A DNA stretch of 64,000 bases from Parasutterella excrementihominis (GTDB taxonomy: Bacteria; Bacillota_I; Bacilli_A; RFN20; CAG-826). The stretch is taken from contig CAVECL010000006.1 of NCBI GenBank assembly GCA_963614595.1, positions 120 to 64,119 of the forward strand, read 5' to 3'. The stretch's first letter is position 1, and each line of letters starts with the position of its first letter. The notes below the pieces were generated by a model that saw nothing but the letters and a program-made list of their open reading frames with translations, ran no database searches and was not told the DNA's origin. Of this stretch, positions 17,850-27,732 are shown piece by piece. The position numbers and the translations under genes are program-made.

Positions 17850-19977
17850 AGGCGGCATTTGCCTTCTTTAGAAGCAGCTCTTCGCCATCCATGTCAAGGA
17901 GATATTTGGACTCCGTATCAAGGCTCCCTTCGACAATCTTGTTCGCGAGGAAGGTCTCGATCTTATCCTGAATGAACCTCTTCAACGGACGGGCGCCGAA
18001 CTCCGCGCTGTAAGCGTTGTGAAGAACGTAATCCTCAACCTTCGGAGTGAATTCCACCGAGACGTATTGCTCTTTCAAGCGATTCTCAAGCTCGACGAGC
18101 ATCTTTCTGACGATCTTCTTTTGAACGCCCTCGCCCAAAGGATTGAAGTAGATAATCTCATCGATGCGGTTTAGGAACTCGGGCTTGAAGGTCTTGTGGA
18201 GCAAATCATCGACCTTGTCTTTTTGCCCGGAGAGCAGGTATTCGCTGCCGAGATTGCTCGTCATAATGATGACTGTGTTGCGGAAATCAATGAGACGCCC
18301 CTGGCTATCAGTCAAACGACCTTCGTCCAAAACCTGCAGCAGGAGGTTGAAGACTTCCGGATTCGCCTTCTCGATTTCATCGAAGAGGACAATCGAATAG
18401 GGGGATCTGCGGACTTTTTCAGTAAGCTGGCCGCCCTCTTCATATCCCACGTATCCCGGAGGCGCGCCCACTAGACGCGAGACGGAGAATTTTTCCATAT
18501 ACTCCGACATATCGATTCGGATGATGGAGTTCTCATTGTCGAACAAGGCTTCCGCAAGGGCTTTAGAGACCTCGGTTTTGCCAACGCCCGTCGGACCAAG
18601 GAACAAGAAGGAGCCAATCGGACGATTAGGGTTCTTGATACCCGCCCTTTGGCGAATGATCGCGTTGGAGACAAGATTGATTGCCTCGTCTTGGCCAATG
18701 ACTCTTTGCTCAAGGGTCTTTTTGAGATCCAAGACTTTCTCTCTGTCGCCCTTCTTGATGCGGGATACGGGGATGCCGGTCATTCTGCCAACGATCTTGG
18801 CAATTTCCTCCTCGTCCACAACCTCATTGACGAGCCTCTCTTTGTCTTTGCTTGCCACCGAGACGTCATGGAGTCTTTGCTGAAGTTCAGGAATGGTTTT
18901 GTATTGTAGTTCAGAAGCTTTCTTATAATCGCCTTGGGCAAAATAATTGGAGAGGTTGCGCTTCGCGTCTTCAATTTCTTTCTTGAGGTTTTTCGCCTCG
19001 CTTACCTCTTCTTTCTCTTTCTGCCATTCTTTATTCAAGGAATCGAATTTCTCCTTGTCCTCAGCAAGCTCTTTTTCAAGAGCCTCCATGCGGCGCAAAG
19101 AGGACTCGTCTTTTTCCTTAACAAGCGCGACCTTTTCGATTTCAAGACTTCTGATTTTGCGAGAAACCTCATCCAGCTCGGTAGGCATCGATTCGATTTC
19201 GACCTTAATGGAGGCGCAGGCCTCATCCAAAAGGTCGATTGCCTTATCTGGCAGGAAGCGGTTTGTGATGTAGCGGTTTGACAAGGTGGCCGCGGAAATA
19301 AGCGCCCCATCGGTTATCTGAACGCCGTGGTAAGACTCGAAACGTTCCTTTAAGCCACGCAAGATTGTTATGGTGTCTTCGACGGTCGGCTCTCCAACCA
19401 TGACGGTTTGGAAACGCCTTTCCAAAGCGCGATCTTTCTCGATATATTCGCGGTACTCATTAAGGGTGGTCGCGCCAATGCAATCGATATCGCCCCTAGC
19501 CAAAAGAGGCTTCAAAAGATTCGCCGCATCCATAGCGCCTTCGGTTTTGCCCGCTCCAACGATCAAATGAATCTCATCAATAAAGAGAATCGTTTTGTGA
19601 TTGCTTTCCTTTATCTTGTTAAGGACGGCTTTCAGACGCTCCTCGAATTCGCCACGGTATTTCGCTCCGGCAACTAGCGCGCCCATATCAAGTTCGTAAA
19701 TCGTCTTGCCTTGAAGCGAGACGGGGACGTCTTTCTTCACGATGCGCTCTGCAAGTCCTTCGACAATCGCGGTTTTGCCCACGCCAGGCTCGCCTAATAA
19801 AACGACGTTGTTCTTGGTTTTTCTAGCCAAGACTTGTATGACTTTTCTTATTTCTTCGTCCCTGCCGATCACGGGGTCGACCTTGCCGCTGGAAACGGCT
19901 TCATTGAGATCCCTGCCAAATTTCTTTAAGACATCGGGATCGCGAGAATAATCAATCGGTTGTTCCATGTTATCCAT
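17848..19977 (-). CDS. clpB: ClpB disaggregase lacking the N-terminal domain
   Basis: Two AAA modules ([15 protein letters not shown] and [15 protein letters not shown]) with a long coiled-coil M-domain between them. The protein starts about 15 aa before NBD1. AAGGAG SD lies 6 nt upstream. Confidence 0.93.
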   Translation of the reverse strand: MDNMEQPIDYSRDPDVLKKFGRDLNEAVSSGKVDPVIGRDEEIRKVIQVLARKTKNNVVLLGEPGVGKTAIVEGLAERIVKKDVPVSLQGKTIYELDMGALVAGAKYRGEFEERLKAVLNKIKESNHKTILFIDEIHLIVGAGKTEGAMDAANLLKPLLARGDIDCIGATTLNEYREYIEKDRALERRFQTVMVGEPTVEDTITILRGLKERFESYHGVQITDGALISAATLSNRYITNRFLPDKAIDLLDEACASIKVEIESMPTELDEVSRKIRSLEIEKVALVKEKDESSLRRMEALEKELAEDKEKFDSLNKEWQKEKEEVSEAKNLKKEIEDAKRNLSNYFAQGDYKKASELQYKTIPELQQRLHDVSVASKDKERLVNEVVDEEEIAKIVGRMTGIPVSRIKKGDREKVLDLKKTLEQRVIGQDEAINLVSNAIIRQRAGIKNPNRPIGSFLFLGPTGVGKTEVSKALAEALFDNENSIIRIDMSEYMEKFSVSRLVGAPPGYVGYEEGGQLTEKVRRSPYSIVLFDEIEKANPEVFNLLLQVLDEGRLTDSQGRLIDFRNTVIIMTSNLGSEYLLSGQKDKVDDLLHKTFKPEFLNRIDEIIYFNPLGEGVQKKIVRKMLVELENRLKEQYVSVEFTPKVEDYVLHNAYSAEFGARPLKRFIQDKIETFLANKIVEGSLDTESKYLLDMDGEELLLKKANAA

Positions 19978-20029
19978 AGAGTTCTCCTTTCTCCGAACTA
20001 AATCGGACAGGGAAACTATAATCCATTTT

Positions 20030-20056
20030 TTAGCACTCGCAAGGGTAGAGTGCTAA
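20030..20056 (-). promoter_or_regulatory. CIRCE operator (HrcA binding site) upstream of clpB
   Basis: TTAGCACTC-N9-GAGTGCTAA, a perfect match to the CIRCE consensus, 53 nt upstream of the clpB ATG. It overlaps a candidate promoter on the minus strand (TTGCGA-16-TATAGT). Confidence 0.9.
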
Positions 20057-20164
20057 TTTCTTGAAAATTTAATTGCTTTTCAGAAACTCTCGCGCGCACA
20101 TGAATAATAATGCAGACGAAAGCAATAGAGTTTTGTACGGAAAAGCCCGCAAAACGCGGTTCAA

Positions 20165-21871
20165 TCAGTCAAATAGCGCATCAAGAATATCGTCGTGCCC
20201 ATAGAAGTAATCCGAGCTTAGCTCCTTGTCCAGGGCAGCCCCGGATTGAACTTCCTTAAAGTTTATCGAGTCATCCTTCACCTCGGCGCATTGAAGCATG
20301 GAGGGCCCGGACATATGAAAGGAAGAGCCATCCGCGTTCACGAAGCCGACGATTGGGCAAGCTCCGCCGCCACTTCTTTCGCCATATATTTTTGCGGCCC
20401 CTGAGTAAGAGGCGTTGCAGGCTAAATAATTAGCCGCGGAGAAAGTTACCGCGGAGGTCAAAATACCCCAGTTATAGAAACCATAGGCATCCTCATCGTC
20501 ATAGCTTCCGTCTTCATTCGCATCGACCTTCATCGTAATAGCATAACCGGAACCCGAAAGCCTATTGGTGCTCCCATACACGATGTCCTTATCGTTCATT
20601 ATCCCGAGCATTCGGAACGTCGCACCCATATTTCCTCCGCCGTTCCTGCTCATATCAAGAAGGACGTTTTTAATGCCACCATGCTTTTCAATGCGAGAAA
20701 GCATCTCTTTCATGTAATAGAAAGAGTCCTTCTTATAGGCGTCTTCCTTTAAATTCCCGTTGTCGTCATGCAACTCAGAAGAAGCCCCCGTTTGGATAGG
20801 GCTTTGGGCGACGATGATCGCCGTATCCTCATAAAAACGAACAGGCTCATCATCGGGATAAGCAGAGGCATAAGCGGTTTTCAGTTTGGAGTTTTCCTCA
20901 AGATATGATGTTCTAACCGGGCCGTAAGCAGGCTTCAGCGAAGCGGAGCTGCAGAAAAAAGAATAATAATCGAAGCTCGTATGAAGCTCATCGAGCTTCT
21001 CAAACAATGAGGTGTAGAACCCGCTTCTTGCGTTTTCCTCGTTCGTGGACGAAAGCCTATTCACCACTTCATCACCCAAGTACGATGCAAAAGAATCAAT
21101 CTTATAGTAATCCTTCAAGCCATAATAGTTATCCATAACGAAAAGGAAGTGCTTCGCGTTCATCGAGGCAATATCGTTGGGGATGCTTCCCCCATACCAA
21201 CTGGAGTTTTTGAAGGAGTCTTCCAAAGCGTCGCTAGAGTCCATGGCAAAGCCAAAGTAAGTGCCGTAATAGGCGTTCCCGTTAAAGTAAAAATTGTAAT
21301 AATTGCTGGAACAAAAGAGGGAATTCGCCACGCAGAATGGAATCAAAACCAAGCCCTTTTTGCGGTAAATTTCAATTCCATAAGCCCCTAAATCGAATGT
21401 TTTAGGGGATTCTTGCGTCGTTTTTGCGCCTATGGTTTTCAAGGCGAAGCTGTAATTAGTGCCCGAGGTGCTGTATACCAGATCGAAGAAGGTCATGGAA
21501 CTGGCCGTGATGGTGTTCTTCTCATCATCCACCGTAAGGGTATATTTCGTCGTTTGACTACGCCAAGCGACAACGAGCTTTCTCTCTGAAGGAGTCGAAT
21601 AAGAAATATACTTCGTTTGGTAAAGGCCTTCCAAGGACGAGATGAAGGTGGAAATATCGACATAAGGCAAGGAGCCATTGTTCACGTAATAGGTCGTAAG
21701 CCCCTTGGCTTGAATGGAATACTCTTCATTATAGTTGTAAAGCCTGTGATAGGCGCTCTTAACCGCGATATCGTCTTCGTAGTTCGAAGAGGAAGCGCTA
21801 AAGAAGCTGCACCCGGATATCGAAAGAAGCAAAGGCAAGCAGGAAAAGGAAAGAAACCACCGTTTTTTCAT
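20165..21871 (-). CDS. S41-family (tail-specific-protease-like) lipoprotein
   Basis: ORF trimmed to MKKRWFLSFSCLPLLLSISGC (signal peptide plus lipobox). VLLDMSRNGGGN and TFSAANYLA resemble the S41 catalytic region. Confidence 0.65.
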   Translation of the reverse strand: MKKRWFLSFSCLPLLLSISGCSFFSASSSNYEDDIAVKSAYHRLYNYNEEYSIQAKGLTTYYVNNGSLPYVDISTFISSLEGLYQTKYISYSTPSERKLVVAWRSQTTKYTLTVDDEKNTITASSMTFFDLVYSTSGTNYSFALKTIGAKTTQESPKTFDLGAYGIEIYRKKGLVLIPFCVANSLFCSSNYYNFYFNGNAYYGTYFGFAMDSSDALEDSFKNSSWYGGSIPNDIASMNAKHFLFVMDNYYGLKDYYKIDSFASYLGDEVVNRLSSTNEENARSGFYTSLFEKLDELHTSFDYYSFFCSSASLKPAYGPVRTSYLEENSKLKTAYASAYPDDEPVRFYEDTAIIVAQSPIQTGASSELHDDNGNLKEDAYKKDSFYYMKEMLSRIEKHGGIKNVLLDMSRNGGGNMGATFRMLGIMNDKDIVYGSTNRLSGSGYAITMKVDANEDGSYDDEDAYGFYNWGILTSAVTFSAANYLACNASYSGAAKIYGERSGGGACPIVGFVNADGSSFHMSGPSMLQCAEVKDDSINFKEVQSGAALDKELSSDYFYGHDDILDALFD

Positions 21872-21940
21872 GACCCTATTGTAAAGCCAAGCAGTGCAAG
21901 CAAGAAAAGAAAAAGCGCGATAGTTGCCCATTTCTCAGGG

Positions 21941-23173
21941 TCAGATTCCCGCGACGGAAGCAGAAATGATTAAGGCGAGCAAGGAAGTCGCGTTCACCCC
22001 AGCGTACATCAGCCAATTCTTCAAATCCAGCTTGAAGGAATGGTTGTACAGGGAAAGCACAACATAATAGAAACCACCCGTCCAAATGAAATTCGTGAAC
22101 TCCAGGACGAAGAACGCTCCGCTGGAATAGCTTAAGAGGGAAGACGTGAGAGCCCCTTCGCCAAGAAGGCAAGTTAGGAAGGCGAGGTGAGGGAGCAAAG
22201 TCGCGAAGAAATTGCGGGGGCGCTTCTCCCCAGCGAACTCTCCGCCCGGCTCTTTGCCTAGCAAGACCAAAGTCAAAGCGCCTCCGCCTAAAAGCAGGAA
22301 GGAAATCGATCCCACCCAAAGGCTCCAATGGGAGTCGGAGAGGAAGGCGACGCATGCTTCCCAGCAATCAGACATGTTTCTTTCTAACGTCCCGATCGTT
22401 CCTTCAATCAAAACCATCGGCACATAGAAAGCCGGCATATCAAAGAAAGAATAGCCATAGCCAAAGATTTTTTCCATCCAAACGGAGTCGCAGTTTCTGC
22501 CTCCCGCCACATAAATTGTCACGGGGATAAGCAAGCAAAGCACGAAATGCCCTGCAATCATCGCGACGATGCCCTGCAGAACATTGCTTCCCTGCCCGAT
22601 TAAAAAGCAGTTGATAAAATACAAGGTCATCACAACCACCGCACCTAAGGGCCAAGCCAAGAAATACCAGCCAAAAGAGCCGGTGGAGGCAAAGAAATCC
22701 GTCAAATATTCAGCGTTGGCCTCCGCCACTGCTCTAGCGGAGTTGACGGAGACGATTTGCTTGAGAATCGCGCCAAGCGAGCCGAAAAGGTAGGCCGTCA
22801 GATAAAAAGCAAGGAGAATCGCTCCCATCAAAAGGATGCGTGTTTGTGAGATTTTCCCATCTTTCACCGGCAAAGACAAAAAGCAGTCTGCGCGCGTTTT
22901 GCCATAGCGGTGAGAGTAGGCGAAGAAAGGCATGACGCAGGCAGCGAGCATCGAAGGAATCATCATCAAAGCGACGCAGGAGAACGGGTTGCGGTTAAGC
23001 TGATACAGCATGCGGAAAGAAAGGTAAGAAGAGCTGTCGGAAATTTCGACGCGAATATAAGGCTCCGCGTTGAGTCCCACGATAAGGGTCGTAGTAGCCA
23101 CAAGCGCGCCGATCGCGATGATCATCGGCAGCCATGCTTTGAGTTGGAAAAGGACAAACTGTTTAACTTTCAT
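21941..23173 (-). CDS. Polytopic membrane protein, probable permease partner of the adjacent ABC ATPase
   Basis: 410 aa with about 10-12 hydrophobic helices. The start lies 1 nt after the ABC ATPase stop. Confidence 0.7.
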   Translation of the reverse strand: MKVKQFVLFQLKAWLPMIIAIGALVATTTLIVGLNAEPYIRVEISDSSSYLSFRMLYQLNRNPFSCVALMMIPSMLAACVMPFFAYSHRYGKTRADCFLSLPVKDGKISQTRILLMGAILLAFYLTAYLFGSLGAILKQIVSVNSARAVAEANAEYLTDFFASTGSFGWYFLAWPLGAVVVMTLYFINCFLIGQGSNVLQGIVAMIAGHFVLCLLIPVTIYVAGGRNCDSVWMEKIFGYGYSFFDMPAFYVPMVLIEGTIGTLERNMSDCWEACVAFLSDSHWSLWVGSISFLLLGGGALTLVLLGKEPGGEFAGEKRPRNFFATLLPHLAFLTCLLGEGALTSSLLSYSSGAFFVLEFTNFIWTGGFYYVVLSLYNHSFKLDLKNWLMYAGVNATSLLALIISASVAGI

Positions 23174-23174
23174 C

Positions 23175-24053
23175 TTACTTGCCCTCCTTTCTGGCTTTGA
23201 TCATCGCCAGGGTGATGAGCTCATCCCCGTCGATGTTCACATTCTCAATGAATTTGGGTTTGAAAGCCTCTTTGATTCTCGTTAAAGCCGCCTCGTCTTC
23301 CTCCATGACGAAGTTGAGCACGGAGCCCACCTTCCGATAGGAAATAAGCGAGCACATGGAGGAGAGCTCTTCTTCCGTGGGATTGACCTCAAAGAAGGCT
23401 TGGAACTTCACAAAGTTCTCGCCCAAGGACTGGGTTTCCTGATTTTCCGCGAGATGCCCTTTCGAGAGCATCACGAAGCGGTCCGCGAGCTTTTCCAAGG
23501 TCGAGATATTGTGGCTGGAGATGATGATGTTCCTGCCATTTTCTTTCTCTTTGATGATCTCTCCCTTAATTGCATCTAGAGCAATCGGGTCAAGGCCGTC
23601 GAAAGCTTCATCCATCAGCAGGTATTTCGTTTTCGCGGACAAGGCCAAAGCGACGAAGAGCTGCCTTCTCATGCCTTTGGAGAAGTTATTGATTTTCCCG
23701 GTCGGAGGCAGAGAGAAATTCGTCAAGATTCCATGAAAACGGTCCAAATCAAAATCATAGAAGCAAGAATAGAACTCATAGACTTTGTCGATCGTTGAAT
23801 TCGCTGGAGAATAAGGGAAGTCGGAGAGGAAATAGACTTCCTTCTTCGCCTCGACATCCCTTCTTTCTTTCCCGTCAATATGGATGGAACCTTCCTCGGG
23901 ATTAAGGACCCCGGCAATGCAGCGAAGAAGCGTAGACTTGCCGGCGCCATTCTCGCCCACAAGCCCTGTGATACCGTCTCCAATGGTTAATTGGAGCCTA
24001 TCAAGCGCTTTCGTGGATCCGAAGCTTTTGCTGACGTATTGGATCTCGATCAT
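23175..24053 (-). CDS. ABC transporter ATP-binding protein
   Basis: Walker A GENGAGKSTLL, signature-like FSKGMRRQL, and Walker B LLMDEAFDGLD. Overlaps the GntR stop by 4 nt. Confidence 0.9.
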   Translation of the reverse strand: MIEIQYVSKSFGSTKALDRLQLTIGDGITGLVGENGAGKSTLLRCIAGVLNPEEGSIHIDGKERRDVEAKKEVYFLSDFPYSPANSTIDKVYEFYSCFYDFDLDRFHGILTNFSLPPTGKINNFSKGMRRQLFVALALSAKTKYLLMDEAFDGLDPIALDAIKGEIIKEKENGRNIIISSHNISTLEKLADRFVMLSKGHLAENQETQSLGENFVKFQAFFEVNPTEEELSSMCSLISYRKVGSVLNFVMEEDEAALTRIKEAFKPKFIENVNIDGDELITLAMIKARKEGK

Positions 24054-24388
24054 GAATTGACCTCCTTTAGTGCGGCTTTAAGAGCCTCTTGAATCTCTTG
24101 CTCGGTCTTCCCCTCTTTCAACAAGGATATAAAGAGATCAACCAAAAGGTTTTTCGGCGTCTTCTTGCTAACGAAATAACCGCGCTTTTCGATCGCGGTG
24201 CAATAGCCATCCGCGGCGATTTTCTGAAAAGCCCGCGCGACGGTATTCGGGTTCAACCGCTCAGAAACGGCGACTTCCCTAACCGAAGGCAAACGGTCGC
24301 CTTCTTTATAAGCCCCAGCATCGATTAGGTGCTCATACCATAGCGCCAATTCCAGAAAGGCCGGATTCTTATGGTCATAGTTAGCCAT
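24050..24388 (-). CDS. GntR-family (YtrA-like, short) transcriptional regulator
   Basis: wHTH GDRLPSVREVAVSERLNPNTVARAFQKIAADGY. ORF trimmed to MANYDHK (ATG at 24388). The upstream ATG at 24445 cannot be excluded. Confidence 0.8.
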   Translation of the reverse strand: MANYDHKNPAFLELALWYEHLIDAGAYKEGDRLPSVREVAVSERLNPNTVARAFQKIAADGYCTAIEKRGYFVSKKTPKNLLVDLFISLLKEGKTEQEIQEALKAALKEVNS

Positions 24389-24394
24389 AGCCGC

Positions 24395-24422
24395 ATTATA
24401 CTGTATTATTTGTATTAAACAA
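24395..24422 (-). promoter_or_regulatory. Candidate promoter giving a leaderless GntR mRNA
   Basis: Minus strand: TTGTTT, 16-nt spacer, TATAAT. The -10 box ends 6 nt before the ATG at 24388. A TGTATTA direct repeat overlaps the spacer. Confidence 0.35.
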
Positions 24423-24475
24423 CATACTTTCTCGAGGCGTTTCATTTTCTGGGAGAGAGAAGTAAAATTCTCGAC

Positions 24476-25201
24476 ATGTATTCCGAAAAAATCATAATCG
24501 ATTCCAATGAGGTTGACCCCTTCCTCGATTTGTCTATTCCAAGCCTATTCCGGTTGCTTCAAGCGGTCGCGGGAGCGGGCGTGGAGGCAATCGGGGCAGG
24601 CAAAGCAGAGACAACGGACAAGGGTTTGATGTGGGTTTTGACCCGCATGGACGTAGAAATAAGCAAAATGCCCCGTTATATGGACGAGATTGAATTGACC
24701 ACTTATCCGGGAGAGCAGATCGGCTGTTTCTACTTCCGCCACTTCTTTGCAAAGGACAAAAACGGGAAGATCCTATTCCGCGTTTCCTCAACCTGGGCTT
24801 TGCTTCAGGCATCTAGCCGCAAGGTCGTGATGCGCTCCCCTTTTCCCCATCCCTTAACCCCTGAAAAAGACATTGAAGAACTTGGCCGTCCCGAGAAGCT
24901 CCTAGCACCCGCGAGCATGGTTGAGATTGAAAAGAGAAAGATCGCCTATTCGATGTGCGATCTAAACGGCCATTTGAACAACACCCGTTATCTAGAGTTG
25001 ATTGTCGATGTGAAAAGGCGAGCCTTCTACGAAAAACACACACCTGTCTCCATCGTTTTGAATTTCGAGAAGGAAATTCAAGAAGGCGAAGAGGTTTCAA
25101 TTTGCCTGTCCTCTCAAGAGGAAAACCCCTACACCATCGTCGGGAAAGTGAATGGAGAAGAACGTTTCTTGGCGCGTCTGCAGTTCAGGGAAAAAGATTG
25201 A
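24476..25201 (+). CDS. Acyl-ACP thioesterase
   Basis: 241 aa. GLMWVLTRMDVEISKMPRYMDEIELTTYPGE and the second hot-dog half match the acyl-ACP thioesterase (FatA/B-like) pattern. Confidence 0.7.
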   Translation: MYSEKIIIDSNEVDPFLDLSIPSLFRLLQAVAGAGVEAIGAGKAETTDKGLMWVLTRMDVEISKMPRYMDEIELTTYPGEQIGCFYFRHFFAKDKNGKILFRVSSTWALLQASSRKVVMRSPFPHPLTPEKDIEELGRPEKLLAPASMVEIEKRKIAYSMCDLNGHLNNTRYLELIVDVKRRAFYEKHTPVSIVLNFEKEIQEGEEVSICLSSQEENPYTIVGKVNGEERFLARLQFREKD

Positions 25202-25202
25202 G

Positions 25203-26039
25203 ATGAAAGACAAGCTAATCCGCTACCTTGGAGCGGAAGAGGAATACATCGTCAAGGTTGCTGTTACGACGCGTCTTGTCGCTCACGCGCAGAAGATCGG
25301 GAACTATGGCGAAAATGCCATCGTCTATTTAGGAAATCTTTTAACGGGAGCTTTGCTGATGGAAGATTCCGTAAAAGACAGCAAGGAGAAGTTGACCTTA
25401 GACTTGGAAGGGGACGGTCCTTTAAATAAGGTAGTCGCAATTGCTGACAGCAAAGGAAACGTTAAAGGTTTCGCCGCAAAACCGACCTCAACCGGCGGAA
25501 TAGGCAATGGCTTTTTAGGAGTTACGAAAGATCAAGGGCTCAAGACTCCTTATCGCACAACGATGCCTCTTGTCATAGACGACGTCGAGAATAATCTTAT
25601 GTACTACTACGCCGGTTCCGAGCAGCTCCCCACTTTCTTTTCCTTGGGAGTTGCATTGAACAAGAAGAAAGAAGTCGCCTATAGCTATGGTTATATGGTC
25701 CAAGCTTTGCCCTTTGTCAAAAAAGAAATCACGGAGAAAATAGCGGACAACATAGGGAAAGGGCCTTCAAAAAAGGAGATCCTCGCCCGCAGATTGTCCC
25801 CCGAAGAGATTGCCTCGCATCTTCTAGAAGGATTAAGCCGAACGAAAACCGAAGAAAAAGAGGTGCGTTTCCATTGCGGCTGCTCAAAAAGGAAAGCCCT
25901 AGCCAGCTTAAAGAAAGCCGGGAAAAACGAGCTCGAAGCGATGGTCAAAGAAAACAAGTCTGTTAAAGTCATCTGCGGCTCTTGCTTAAAAAAATACGAA
26001 TACTCAATCGATGAGATAAAGTCTTTGCTTGGCGACTAG
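25203..26039 (+). CDS. hslO: Redox-regulated chaperone Hsp33
   Basis: ORF trimmed to MKDKLIRYLG. The C-terminal zinc switch is FHCGCS...VICGSCLKKYEY (CxC...CxxC). The ATG lies 1 nt after the upstream TGA (TGAGATG). Confidence 0.9.
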   Translation: MKDKLIRYLGAEEEYIVKVAVTTRLVAHAQKIGNYGENAIVYLGNLLTGALLMEDSVKDSKEKLTLDLEGDGPLNKVVAIADSKGNVKGFAAKPTSTGGIGNGFLGVTKDQGLKTPYRTTMPLVIDDVENNLMYYYAGSEQLPTFFSLGVALNKKKEVAYSYGYMVQALPFVKKEITEKIADNIGKGPSKKEILARRLSPEEIASHLLEGLSRTKTEEKEVRFHCGCSKRKALASLKKAGKNELEAMVKENKSVKVICGSCLKKYEYSIDEIKSLLGD

Positions 26040-27022
26040 TTTTTGTTCCTAAGATAAATATCGAAGGCTTGAGAAAGGTAGTTTTTTACATCCGAGGCGA
26101 AGTCCTCATCGATTTCAGAAAGCCGTTTATCTCCAACAAAGGGGTCAATATAACGTTTCTTCGCGGAGATTCTAAGATATCCTTCTTTGGCAAAGACGCT
26201 CTTATCAAGCTCTTTCATTTCGGTATAAGAAAACCATTCCCCTTTCAAGGGAGAGGAAATCAGTTTGGCGATGACCGCGGACTCCTCCTGGTATAAGTCG
26301 CCCTCATCCAAAATGCCAAGCTGAATACTTTTCTTAATGAGGCTAGCCAAAATTTCCATAGAGTAACGATCTTCGTCGCAGCAATAGATGCGCCCCAAGG
26401 ACAAGGCAATACGTCCAAAGCGTTTCGCTGGATCAAGCGAGGTGAAACCAAGTTCCCCGTTAGGCAAAGCGACCACAGAATCGTAAATCTCTTGTACTTC
26501 GTCACGGCCTAAGCGAAGAAGGTTCAAGGCGTTAGACAAAGTATATTCCAAACGATCCGCGGATAGCCTCGGCGAATCGTTATCCGCGATTGGGTATTTA
26601 TGATAATCATTTACATCCTCAGATTTAAGATCCAGAAAACCCAGCAATTCCTGGATATCTTTGCTTTTTGCAATGATTTCTGAAGTTCCGATTTCCGTTG
26701 ATTCCTGAGATTCGTAGTCACCGTGAAGGAAGTCAATTACATGGGCGAAGCAAGAGCTAGCGATATCGTGATATAGACCCGCGAGCGCCTGCTTGGGATC
26801 ATTGGTAAAACGCCACACAATCTCCCCAACTCCTAGAGAATGAATATATCTCGAATAGGAATCAATGCCTTTGAAAAGAGGAAATGAGGTGTACTCCAAA
26901 CCACAATTCATCCCAATCTCCTTAAGACGAAGCAGTTCACTTGACCGAACTGCTTTTCCCCACCAAAAAGGGAGGTCATTTTCGGGGAGATAGGAAATTG
27001 TTTCAAGTTGTTTTCTTTTCAT
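26036..27022 (-). CDS. HD-domain metal-dependent phosphohydrolase
   Basis: H...HD signature (YIHSLGV...GLYHDIAS). 328 aa. Confidence 0.7.
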   Translation of the reverse strand: MKRKQLETISYLPENDLPFWWGKAVRSSELLRLKEIGMNCGLEYTSFPLFKGIDSYSRYIHSLGVGEIVWRFTNDPKQALAGLYHDIASSCFAHVIDFLHGDYESQESTEIGTSEIIAKSKDIQELLGFLDLKSEDVNDYHKYPIADNDSPRLSADRLEYTLSNALNLLRLGRDEVQEIYDSVVALPNGELGFTSLDPAKRFGRIALSLGRIYCCDEDRYSMEILASLIKKSIQLGILDEGDLYQEESAVIAKLISSPLKGEWFSYTEMKELDKSVFAKEGYLRISAKKRYIDPFVGDKRLSEIDEDFASDVKNYLSQAFDIYLRNKN

Positions 27023-27058
27023 CGGGGTTTATTCTAAACTATGCGCCGGAGGTATTTT

Positions 27059-27694
27059 ATGAGAAAAGTTTTCCGAATCTTTTATCTTCTAATCATGCCG
27101 GTTTTGTTCATCGCTTTGCTGGCAATCTGCTTGTCATTCGAGGGAACGATGATCATGAGCTCAAGCGCCACCGTTGACGGGAGCAATGTCGGGGTCGACG
27201 CGAACTGCCTCATCAATTTGAACGGGATTGTCTTCACGGTCGAAAACTTTCAAGCTAATCTCGCGAAAACGTTTCAATACACGTTCTCCATCACCGAGCT
27301 CTCCTTGACTTTGAAAGACGTTACTTCAGGAGACCCTTTGTCGCTCGGCAATGATGTGAAAATCGTCTTGCAGCTTCTTTCCATCATCGGCATAGTCGTT
27401 TTCGGGGTTGGCTTCTTCCTTTCCGAGGTTGGGTATGGTTCGAAAGTCGCGACTGTCTTAGGCGCGATCATCCTCATCGGCGGTTCCGTTTGCGTCTTCG
27501 TAGACGGCAACTTAAACGAAGGCCTTCGTTACATCCTCAATGTTGAAACCGTGCAAAACGGCGAGACAGCCGTATCGCAAGCGCTGAATTTCCGCCTTGA
27601 CTGGCTGACCGTGAAACTAGTCGCGGGCATCGCGGACGGATTGACCGTTGTAAACGTTCTCTTCGTTTTGCTCCGAAGAAGAAACGTGGCGTGA
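27059..27694 (+). CDS. Membrane protein, unknown function
   Basis: Start moved to the ATG at 27059, which has GGAGG 6 nt upstream. N-terminal TM helix, soluble segment, then three C-terminal TM helices. Confidence 0.65.
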   Translation: MRKVFRIFYLLIMPVLFIALLAICLSFEGTMIMSSSATVDGSNVGVDANCLINLNGIVFTVENFQANLAKTFQYTFSITELSLTLKDVTSGDPLSLGNDVKIVLQLLSIIGIVVFGVGFFLSEVGYGSKVATVLGAIILIGGSVCVFVDGNLNEGLRYILNVETVQNGETAVSQALNFRLDWLTVKLVAGIADGLTVVNVLFVLLRRRNVA

Positions 27695-27703
27695 GCCAAA
27701 GCG

Positions 27704-27732
27704 AAAAAAGAAGGCCGCGAGCCTTCTTTTTT
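27704..27732. terminator. Bidirectional intrinsic terminator
   Basis: Perfect 12-bp stem AAAAAAGAAGGC / GCCTTCTTTTTT with a 5-nt loop, between convergent genes. Confidence 0.85.

Noticed and set aside
21876-22367. A 163-aa minus-strand ORF in an alternative frame, overlapping the permease gene and the S41 gene's upstream region.
   Set aside because: Arg/Pro-rich, out of frame with the 410-aa polytopic protein that fills the interval.
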